From Eledone cirrhosa (Eukaryota): a DNA stretch of 64,000 nucleotides. Of this stretch, positions 53,946 to 64,000 are shown one piece after another. The stretch covers positions 14,260,001 to 14,324,000 of the forward strand of contig OZ024744.1 of assembly GCA_964016885.1 (NCBI GenBank), given 5' to 3'. The notes under the pieces are model-generated. The model had not been told where the DNA came from. It ran no database searches and was given only the letters and a program-made list of their open reading frames with translations. Both the position numbers and the translations under genes were made by a program. How positions within the stretch are numbered: the stretch's first letter is position 1; every line of letters begins with the position of its first letter.

Positions 53946-53981
53946 TCTTATGATGAAGGACTAGCGTCCGAAACGTTAAGA
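53946..53981 (+). ncRNA. Minimal hammerhead ribozyme with C3A substitution, PLE pLTR remnant
   Basis: tctt-AUGAUGA-a-ggac tagc gtcc-GAAA-cgtt-aaga. 4-bp stem I and palindromic ACGU stem III. Confidence 0.65.
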
Positions 53982-54223
53982 CCCTCTTTCTGCTATATCA
54001 AGCGTTAACCTAATATATCCTTTCCATATACTTGACCGATGGTGTTGTTATTTCTGTTTACCTTATATATATATATATATATATAACATATAAAAGAGAA
54101 AATTGAGAGTGTATAACACTCAACTTATCAGATAGGCAGTATATGGTTAGCTCAATGTCTGAAGACAGAGCCGTAATACAATTAACAACAAAGAGCGCTT
54201 AGAACATAGGTATATCTTTAATT

Positions 54224-54267
54224 GCTGACAATGTTTCGTCCACACTAAAAGTGGGACTCTTCAGAGC
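54224..54267 (-). ncRNA. Intact type I hammerhead ribozyme
   Basis: Minus strand: gcu-CUGAAGA-gucccac uuuua gug u ggac-GAAA-cauuGUC-agc. Confidence 0.88.
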
Positions 54268-55385
54268 TTAAAGAGTAGATACAGAGTATAGAAGCATTAA
54301 CAAATCCAAAACAGAATATAATGTGGGGATATCATAAGGTGGGATGAATTTAAAGTATTTTTCATGTAAGAGATAAGGAATAAAGGATAAAAAATAAAAA
54401 ATAATAAAAAATAAAAAATAATAATAAAAAAAAAAAATAAATAAATAAATAAAAAAATAAATAAAAATAAAAAAAAATAAAAAAAAAATAAAAAAAAATA
54501 AAAAATAAAAAATAAAATCAAGCAAAAGATAGTGAATATGAGGAATATACTAATACTAATAAGGATACGGATCTAAAATGTTAACACTCACAGTTGGGTA
54601 GGGTTATATTATGACCGGCAATCATGGAAGCAATGATGTGATTGGTTAACACACAGCTACGTATGCATACACTCACATAAAAGTATACGTATAAGCATGA
54701 GCACCCGCATGCACCTACACGCAAGCACCCATATGCAATACAGAAAGTATACACTAATACAAATAACATATCAAAAACGGATGGGCACATACTCCATACT
54801 GTGACAAAATATAGCAATAACAGTAGAAACGATGACATATAAGATGGAGGAGTACAATATAAAGAAATATAATAAATTATAAAAACATATAAAAATATGG
54901 GAACATAAGGACAAATAACGGAAGGAACATACATGGTAGGAAACTCATAAGGAGTACACCGTAATGGATGAGAAATAAACAATAAAGGAATAAGAATATG
55001 AAAAGTATAAAATGCATGGTAAAAAAATTTTTTAAAAGAAGTTAAGAGATAAAAATAGATAAAAAACTTGATAAAAAATAGATAAAAAATAGATAAAAAA
55101 ATAAAGTAAAATATACACCATAAAGGAAGGTGTGAATAAAGATGAGACTGGCAAAGGTATAAGTTATCAAGCTATGTGCAACAAGTGATATACGTAAAAT
55201 ATATAAAATATATAAAAGAAACATATATATAAGGATATATATATATATACACATTTATAAAAATAACTGGGGGTAAATAAGGTAATAAGGATAATATGGA
55301 TGATAATGAAGGCATGTAATGATAATAGTAGTATAGGTGCTAGTTTCCTAATATTGGAAATAATGTCAGTAAATTGAGTTAATAA

Positions 55386-55416
<31 letters not shown>

Positions 55417-56059
55417 TTTTGTTAAATAAAGTACTCATAATGTTTTAAGAAAATTTAGAAATTATAAGGTGACACTAATATTGATTCATGGTGATATAAG
55501 GAATATATCAGGAATACAAGAAAATTTTAGGTGTTGCAATTAGCAGCAGTCCAACAATAGAGTGTTCGAATGAGACCTTTATAAGCAGATGCGATGTCCA
55601 CACTAGATGAGTGGACTATTACAATATAATGGAGACATCCTAGGTTAGACAATCCCAAAAATTCATACTTCAAAGTTCAATCCGCAGATGTGCATTCATA
55701 AAGTTGAGTACTCAGGCAGAAATCATTGGTTGACAAGATGTATCACAAGCAGGAACATATGCTGGGAAGGTTGCAGGCAAATTCTTATATAGCAGTGCGA
55801 ACATCAAAGGGCAAATAATTGAGGTGCATATCAGTGAATAAAAGCAGGCAAAAGCAGATGGTTCCATGCGGTTAGGTGAAGCAGGTTATTATTATGCATA
55901 CCACTTAATATAAATACTAAATACAAAATACAAGTGGCAAATTTAACACTCAACAACGTGCATAGCAAATAGCTTTCAGAGCCGATAACCTCTGAAAATT
56001 ACAACACTGAGTAATGTCGCTGGCATCACAAGAATACAGGTAGGGTTAGCCCAGAGACA

Positions 56060-56098
<39 letters not shown>

Positions 56099-56559
56099 TA
56101 TACACACATATATACATACACACACACACACACATAACACCGGTCACCCAAAATTTATGCGGATATAGTTCACAAAGTGTCTTACCCAGCTATCAAAAGT
56201 CATAAACCCACAACAAGTGTTTTCGCTGGTCACAGATAATGTAGTTTCACAGCAACAGAGGAACAACCAATAGGAGTAATCAACCAGAGCAATCACGATC
56301 AAACTTAAAATTAAACCCCATGAGAATATGAGTATTCACACGTGTAGTCACCGGATTCAAGTATAAACAAACCGTTAATAAATACGGAAGGTTATCAGGG
56401 CCAAGACGTTATTATTGGGAGAATACACACAGAACGTCAATCTACGGAAGGCCAACTGTGTCAAAAACACAACACCAGGCAAAAACACCACAAAATCAGC
56501 ATGTAAATTCTTCTGTTTTGGATTTGTTAATGCTTCTATACTCTGTATCTACTCTTTAA

Positions 56560-56603
56560 GCTCTGAAGAGTCCCACTTTTAGTGTGGACGAAACATTGTC
56601 AGC
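56560..56603 (+). ncRNA. Intact type I hammerhead ribozyme (inverted copy)
   Basis: gct-CTGAAGA-gtcccacttttagtgtggac-GAAA-cattGTC-agc. Confidence 0.88.
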
Positions 56604-56770
56604 AATTAAAGATATACCTATGTTCTAAGCGCTCTTTGTTGTTAATTGTATATATATATAGCAATAATAATAAATTTGAAGACTAAAATCCAAAGAGGGC
56701 TCGATAAGGATAAATATATATCCAATATATAAGAACCGTAGAGCAAATATTTATTAAAATAACAGATTAA

Positions 56771-56821
56771 AGTTTAAGCAAAGAATCGCTGCTTTCACCC
56801 TTAACGGGATCTTCTGAAACT
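56771..56821 (-). ncRNA. Variant hammerhead motif (CAGAAGA core) in the 3' pLTR; identical copy at 60024-60074 (-), mutated copy at 60902-60952 (+)
   Basis: aguuu-CAGAAGA-uccc guuaa gggu-GAAA-gcag cgauucu uugcU-U-aaacu. 5-bp stem I and 5-bp stem III. Confidence 0.62.
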
Positions 56822-57762
56822 AACAAAGTCAATCTGTAAACGCAGAAGTGGATATTTTCAAAAACGTTGCAACCAGAGGAAGACAGGAAGACGATTCTTT
56901 GGTTCGTGGAAACGTTCCCTGGCAAAGAACGGGAAAAAACGAATATAATACGTCATTAATAGGAGCGGTGAAAAACAATTACTCGGAAAGACAGAACCAC
57001 GTTTATAGTATAAAAGAAGTCGTAGACTAATGTTCTCTTAGGTGGTTCATAGAGACGTTCTCTGGCAATGGACGGAAAAAACGAAGATAATACGTCATAT
57101 GTTGAGCGTGGAGAACAATTGCACGCAAAGACAAAACCACGTAAATGGTATAGCTGACGTCGTAGACTAAAATTTTAACTAGGAAACCGAATGAATCTAC
57201 GCTTCAGAGTTAAGAATAAAGTAAATAAAATACACTACAGAGGTAATAGAAATTAAATAAATGCATACACGCATGCAAATAAGTAGATACACAAGCATAC
57301 GCAAAACACTTGCCATAGGTATACAAAACCACGCACATATAAATATGTGTGTGTGCGTGCGCGTGTATACAAATAAATAATTAATTAAATAAACTTATAT
57401 AAATAAATAAATACGTATATAACAAGCGCACACACATACCTACATGTAAATACACAAATGTTCGGAGACGTAAGTCAACCAAAACATGAAGTACACATAT
57501 TCACACACCCTACATACGTACGAACCTGCATACTCACGCAGACGCAAAACTCCCGTATACACATAACCAAACCATATATACCAGAATATATAAAAAGTTA
57601 TACGCCATAACATATACAATCAAATATACGTACGAGAAAGTATACGTACCTTTACAAAACATGCAGGTAATATATACTTACCTATGCAAATAAGTAATGG
57701 TATAAACAAAACATATACTTAGCTACCACACCAAGACGTAAAATATCCACGTATAGATCGTA

Positions 57763-59882
57763 CTATCCGTTAGGGTATAATGTGGGGCTGTAATACAGGA
57801 AAGTTTTGTGCAATTTATGTTTACAAGCCGAAATTGCCTCAGATTTTTTGTTTAAGATATGGTCTGTGGCGTAGAGTATTTCCAGGACCTCAGCGGCGCA
57901 GAGGTCACATGGTCTTTTATTTCCGTTATACGATCTAGCCCTAGCTAGGATCTCCCAGTGTAACTTAAATTGGGTGTGGTTGTCTTTTAGACTCCAGATA
58001 TAAGCTGAAAGTGACGTCATATTCCTTCTTAGAGGGTAACGAAAAGAAAGGGTATGCATGTAAAGACGCTGCCTGAATCTATTGGCGGTTAACCCTATGT
58101 AGGCCCTACGGGACGTGGGTGCTTCAACTTTACATTTGTAGACAATGTTGCTAGAGAGGCATTTCCCGGATAGGGGGCAATCAACCCGATTCCTACGATT
58201 ACAGTTAGTACTAACTACAGGGTTGCACGTGTTCCTACGGCTAGGTAGTTTAGCTAAATCTGAAGCTGTGATGTTATGTGCAAGGTTAGGAGTCGTAGAG
58301 TAAGAAACTTTGATAGTATTTCTATTAAAAATGTTACTATATTTATGTGTAGGGGGAAAATGCTTCGTAATAAGGGAAAGAAAGATCTTAGCTAATGGTG
58401 TGGCCATCTCCATATTATATGTTGAGTTATACCAACAAATGCGACGGGATCTATTTCTTCTAGGTCTATTTTCGTACTCTGTATATGCTACCTTATCGAC
58501 AAATCCACTCCGAGCAAGAGCTTCATTGTAATAAGTGGAATGGTCGTTGAAAATATGCTCGTTAGTAGATAGACGGGAAAGCCTCAACGAAACGTTTCTT
58601 ACCAGGTTCTTGGTTATGCTGGCAGGATGTTTGGAATGCTTACTTGTGTAATTAAGCGTATCATTCGGCTTTCTATACGGGTAATACAACCCATTCGATA
58701 AATTGAGGGTAACGTCGAGGTAATTAACGACCGAGAGATTGGCCTCAACCTATATAGAGAGGTTGAAGCCTTTAAAGAAGGCTGTGAGTTCTTTTCTGAA
58801 CCTGTCGCAAGCACGAGGTCCGCACTTAGTCATGGTCAAAAGACCATCATCACGGTACAAACCACCGCCCGCGTTGGGGAATTTGTCCTTGATAGAGAAA
58901 AGAAGGAAAAGGCCGATAAGATCAGTAACCTCCGCAGAATCGCTGGCGCCCATATTCACGTCAAATGGGGTACTATTGGACTTTTTAATCCAAATAGAGT
59001 CGTCAAAATTAATCACCGACTTACGGGCATTGAGGATGACATCAACTTCGAAATCCTTAACCACTGTGAGTGTTTTAGCGAAATTGATAGCTCTAAGGAG
59101 AAGTGGTAAAGTGATGAAGGAGTAGTAATTGTTGATGTCGAATTGGATAAAACGGCAATGTTCCTTGTTGCATATGCCGTTGAACCAATCAATCACCGCG
59201 AAAGAATTGTTCCACAGTGCAAGAGGGGCCAAACTTCTAATTTCAGGTATAATTCTATCAAGAATCCTTTTACTAAGTCTACCTGAATCGGGCTTCGTAG
59301 GGTTAATAAGCCGAATAGAGGGGTTGTTCGGAAAATTGGATTTGTGATCCTTCAGGGTAAAGTGGGGCGAAATAGGGTCCAGAGGTTCGGTCCGGTCCAG
59401 GATGTTGAGATCAGAGGTGATTTTAAACCCAGCATCGTTGATTTCATTGATGACGCACCGATTAGTTTTACGGTAATCCTTAGTTACAGCATTATGTAGT
59501 AGTTGATGGTAACTACTGCGCTCCACTTGATATAGGTTTCCAGTTTTGTCGGAATGGACGTGCACGGCATTAGAATCCTTAATAGAACGAATTCTATTCT
59601 TCAGGTCCTGCTGGAAGGAATTGCTCCTATTCCGAAATTTGATACTCCGTATGTGTTCCAAGACATCATTTTCGAAGGGTAGCAATGCTGGGTTACACGG
59701 AGGGTTATTATAGGTTTTAAACACCGATTTATCCTGTTTGTTGTCTTCTTTTCGCGGATTATCGAAATAAAACCAACCTTTTAATGAACGCGTCTGTTTT
59801 CTGTATCAGGAGTTTTAGGTATGTTTTCCTGCTTGGTACGGTTATGTTCCTTGTAGAAATATTCAGATTTTGTTTCTGCATG
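57763..59882 (-). pseudogene. PLE RT-GIY-YIG polyprotein with one frameshift (~59775) and one in-frame TAG (58750-58752)
   Basis: N-terminus MQKQNLNISTRNITVPSRKTYLKLLIQKTDAFIKR. Then DKTG, RLINP, QFDI..YY, DVNMGASDSAE, GLYRDDGL, NYLDVTL, PYRKPN, CNxR..CPLSGKC, IVY...YIG, CDLC..E, LNKKSE...C.H. Confidence 0.93.
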
Positions 59883-60968
59883 ATGAATATAAGTCAACCG
59901 AGGGAGCCAAATGGTAATACTAATAAATTTGAAGACTAAAATCCAAAGAGGGCTCGATAAGGATAAATATATATCCAATATATAAGAACCGTAGAGCAAA
60001 TATTTATTAAAATAACAGATTAAAGTTTAAGCAAAGAATCGCTGCTTTCACCCTTAACGGGATCTTCTGAAACTAACAAAGTCAATCTGTAAACGCAGAA
60101 GTGGATATTTTCAAAAACGTTGCAACCGGAGGAAGACAGGAAGACGATACTTTGGTTCGTGGAAACGTTCCCTGGCAAAGAACGGGAAAAAACAAATATA
60201 ATACGTCATTAATAGGAGCGGTGAAAAACAATTACGCGCAAAGACAGAACCACGTTTATGGTATAAAAGAAGTCGTAGACTAATGTTCTCTTAGGTGGTT
60301 CATAGAGACGTTCTCTGGCAATGAACGGAAAAAACGAAGATAATACGTCATATGTTGAGCGTGGAGAACAATTGTACGCAAAGACAAAACCACGTAAATG
60401 GTATAGCAGAAGTCGTAGACTAAAATTCTAACGAGCAGACCGAATGAATCTCCGCTTCAGAGTTAAGAGTAAAGTAAATAAAATACAATACAGAGGTAAT
60501 AGAAATTAAATAAATGCGTACACAATGCAAATACGTACATACACAAGCATACGCAAAACATTTGCTATAGGTATACAAAACCACGCACATATAAATATGT
60601 GTGTGTGTGTGTCGTATTATCTTCGTTTTTTCCGTTTATTGCCAGAGAACGTCTTTATGAACCACCTAAGAGAACACTAGTCTATCTTTTATACCATATT
60701 AGTCTTCTTTTATACCATAAACGTGGTTCTGTCTTTGCGCGTAATTGTTTTTCGCCGCTCCTATTAATGACATATTAAATTAGTTTTTTCCCGTTCTTTA
60801 CCAGGGAACGTTTCCACGAACCAAAGTATCGTCTTCCTGTCTTCCTCCGGTTGCAGCGTTTTTTGAAATATCCACTTTTGCGTTTACAGATTGACTTTGT
60901 TAGATTCAGAAGATCCCGTTAAGGGTGACAGCAACGATTCTTTGCTTAAACTTTAATCTGTTATTTTA

Positions 60969-61051
<83 letters not shown>

Positions 61052-61052
<1 letters not shown>

Positions 61053-61411
61053 GTGGTTCGGAATTCTATTTCAAAGAAGGACAACGTTTTATAGTAAAAC
61101 ATAATTTCACATGCGCGTCAGAAAATCTAATATATGTATTAACCTGCTCAGGTTGTCGAGAACAATACATAGGCCAGACCAAAAACAGCCCCCGCCAACG
61201 CATGACTGTCCATAGATCCCAAATTAAAATACGGGAATACAGGAAAATACCACTGAGTGAACACATTGATACCTGTGTCGCCCAAAATCATCTCAACTTT
61301 AGAGTATTTCCCCTCTACAAATTTAAAGATAATGCCACCCACACCCAGCGCTTCAGCAAGGAATCTCACTTTATTAACAAATACGGACCCCGTCTAAACA
61401 CTTCTCCCTAA
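61052..61411 (+). pseudogene. 5'-truncated PLE GIY-YIG endonuclease (Neptune-like)
   Basis: Open frame FTCASENLIYVLTCSGCREQYIGQT...RMTVHR...LSEH...KESHFI....PRLN, beginning directly after (TA)n and followed by a CA-rich UTR. Confidence 0.88.
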
Positions 61412-62042
61412 GACGAACCCACAACATACACACGTCAGCATACATCCTACATACATCTCTATCCACATATAAACACAATGACATACGTAAACACACATGT
61501 TCTATGGTGCAAAACAAATATACACAAATTTGCATACCTTTTGATGTCTATAGATATAAACGTGCCGACACACACACATACATATACGCACACATGCATT
61601 GCACGCTAATGGGCACATACATATTTGTACACAAGTATTCCCATACGGCAGGGCCTAATGGATTCCCCTTGCAGTACGTACAATCTGGACACTGACACAC
61701 ACATTGGTGTTATGACAATACTATATATCATTTCACACCTTTTATTATTAATGTTTTTGATGTTCTTTTGAGAGAATCGTTTTTGCAAATTACTGAAAAT
61801 ATCGAATAATGTACACCATTTTACCAGTATCACAAAAATACAGCCCCCCCCCCACACGCATACACACATACACACACACACATACACACGCGTACACTAA
61901 CATACAAACAGACATATATACACACACACCCTTCTCCGTATAAGACAAGAGCTGAAAAATATCTTTCAACATGTTAAAATATCCCCCACACACGTACAGA
62001 CACATTCCTACTGACCGAATCCCTCTACCACGAATCACTCTG

Positions 62043-62044
<2 letters not shown>

Positions 62045-62118
<74 letters not shown>
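62045..62118. repeat. (CA)n microsatellite
   Basis: Seen directly. Confidence 0.97.
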
Positions 62119-62126
<8 letters not shown>

Positions 62127-62713
62127 TTGCCTTAATAAACACCTGAACTGTTGACCTTTCAACATGACTGCAATTCACACACACATCCCTACTGACCATT
62201 ATCACAACAATGAACCTCTTTACTACACACACACACATATTTGTCTTAAAAGACTTATTTTTCAGTGACTTCTCAATCAGGCGAAAAAGGACACTCTTCC
62301 ACAATCCTACATTTGGCGCAAAATCAATTTTTAACATTCACGTGACCTCTACCGACCAGTCAAAATTATTTTGACTACAAGAATTTTTGCAACACGAATT
62401 GGCGCGAAACTTATAGTACTCATTCACGTGACATTCAACAACCAACCAAATCTTAATACCTCTGGAGCCACTTTTTTCACATAAAACAGGTAGAATTTCC
62501 AAAACTGCTCAGATTAGAGCAAACATCACGGACGCTCTATCTCAAAATTATTTTTCAAAAGCATTAGAAATGCGCAACTGGTAAAAACTTAAAACTAAAA
62601 CTGACTACTAACCAATACTTATTACTAATTTTTACTTATTCCTAATTAAACTACTTTTCACTGGGAAAAAATTGTCAGCATTTTCTTTTCCTTTTACTAT
62701 ATATATATATATA

Positions 62714-63095
62714 TGTACAGCCACCGGAAATAACATCTGTGAAATATAGAGCGCCATCTACCTGTTAGCTAGCTACCTCAACGTGAAACAAAAGAAACCT
62801 TAGAACCTACCAGAATAAACGCCTACACACCGGCTAAACATCAAACGATTATTTCTGTATAAATAGAGTGGTTCCTAACACTTTCGCTAGTCGACTTTTG
62901 GCAGAGTCAGCTAACGTATCGTTGTTCCTCTCCTCTGCCACGCTTTGTCACTCACACACGACTTGTACCCCGTATCGTCGCTTCATGTGAAAATAAATAG
63001 CTGATCGAATTTACATCTCGCCTTGCTTCGTCCTTTCAACTTGTGCTTTCGTCTGTCCATCCTCAACAGTTCTTTTAAGAGCTATATGTGACAAC
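62714..63095 (+). mobile_element. Possible solo LTR
   Basis: Starts TG, TATAAATA at about 62858, AATAAA at about 62992, ends ...GACAACA. No convincing TSD or primer-binding site. Confidence 0.4.
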
Positions 63096-63295
63096 AGTCC
63101 TTTTAGGGACTATCTTCAGATCTGATCAGACCGTATGCGATAAAAGTCCTTCTAAGGGCTATTCTCGGATCTGGTCAGAAGTAGTGACTAGACTGACTAA
63201 CCACGTCGCTACATATATATTTGTGATTATTTCAAATAATTTATTGCTAGCATTGTTAGTATTGTTGTTATTGTTCTGATTGAATGCCATTACTA

Positions 63296-63636
63296 CTATA
63301 TATAGTAGCCATGCCTGTATATTCCTTTCATTCTCACAAGCTCCGATGAATTGACTGGATACAACTTTGTATTGGTGATCGAATAACGTGAAAACAAGCG
63401 CGTAGCGATCTCTAGACCTACCAGTTCAGAGAAACAATTGTCAGCAATGAGATTAAAAACCTTTTTTGTATAGCAAACTGTGTCACTCTTCTTTCCTGAT
63501 TTATCATTACCCCAAGTGTTTACAACATAGGAATTACAGCGTACTATGGAAACGCCTTGTTGAGTCAAACTTAGCCAAGCGTTGATATCATCCACTACCT
63601 GGAGTACCATAACTGGACTACACTTAAGTGGACTAC
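63296..63636 (-). CDS. Orphan ORF or possible exon (104-112 aa)
   Basis: Non-repetitive ORF 63296-63610, open up to a ttgttatag acceptor at 63637-63638. No recognisable motif. Confidence 0.22.
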
Positions 63637-64000
63637 CTATAACAATAATCTGTTACCCCGTATATATATATATATATATTTTTTTCTTTTAAAGGAAAAG
63701 AATGACTTCACTTGTAGTGTTAAAACATTTTTTGGATTTAATTTTATAATATTATAATATTATGAGTTGGTAGATCCAGTAAGTTCTTTGTTAACTTCGG
63801 TGGGAAGAATTTTAGAGATTCCTGGTTAACTTGGGTTGGAGAACTTTCTCGCATTCGTCTGTCTGCGGCGATTGTCAAACTGAGATCAGGTTGTGTTGAA
63901 ATTTGTGACTATATATAAGAGAGATTTGAATGTGTCTGGGGTGCGGCGTGTGGTGTTAATGAGTGTTGATGATGATGAAGGTACGGGTGAATTAAAGCAT

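Larger units (their letters stand above)
54088..56651 (-). mobile_element. ORF-less PLE-type (retrozyme-like) element with 141-bp perfect inverted repeats, each carrying an intact hammerhead
   Basis: 54176-54316 is the reverse complement of 56511-56651. (TA)n on both flanks. No RT or endonuclease ORF in the ORF track. Confidence 0.75.
56661..60975 (-). mobile_element. Near full-length Naiad-like Penelope-like element with direct pLTRs (56661-57355, 59914-60607) and 5' inverted partial pLTR (60613-60975)
   Basis: Direct repeats offset by 3253 bp around the ORF, plus an inverted third copy. (TA)n at both ends. This is the classic PLE insertion architecture. Confidence 0.93.

Noticed and set aside
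54159-54165. CTGAAGA as a further hammerhead core
   Set aside because: No stem II/GAAA partner lies downstream on that strand.
56848-57030. Duplicated 60-aa ORF (also 60101-60283)
   Set aside because: It is antisense within the PLE pLTR, and the duplication is explained by the pLTR itself.
56661-59882. Selenocysteine-encoding Naiad (UGA at Cys positions plus SECIS)
   Set aside because: The only in-frame stop is TAG. The Cys-motif codons I checked are TGT, TGC or CGT. I found no convincing SECIS (AUGA...AA...GA) in the pLTR.
62357-62382. Hairpin gtcaaaat/attttgac as HHR stem II of the last PLE
   Set aside because: The flanking core nucleotides are too degenerate (ccgacca / taca).

Overview
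Eukaryotic, repeat-saturated window with no clear host housekeeping gene. The SINE family and microsatellite load suggest a cephalopod such as an octopus, but this is inference. About 27 kb (4.7-32.1 kb) is an AT-rich 19-bp satellite. Its + strand has no stop codons, which explains nearly all of the Y/I/W/C-rich ORFs as artefacts. The rest is nested mobile DNA: a near-complete Naiad-like Penelope-like element (PLE) with pseudo-LTRs and a 5' inversion, several PLE remnants, decayed Tx1/L1, RTE and R4/Dong-type LINEs, a non-autonomous Helitron, SINEs and MITEs. Three things stand out. (1) At least six distinct type I hammerhead ribozyme (HHR) motifs, found by eye. They include an intact HHR pair in the inverted repeats of a 2.5-kb ORF-less element, a CAGAAGA-core variant conserved in four copies with structure-preserving changes, and a canonical HHR with a 77-nt loop II. 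(2) A 2.3-kb compact, virus-like cassette of small orphan ORFs with back-to-back poly(A) signals, a terminal hairpin and inverted arms, inserted cleanly into a LINE ORF. (3) An orphan coiled-coil, tail-anchored membrane protein exon near 1.7-2.0 kb. All folds and homologies were assigned manually, without computation.
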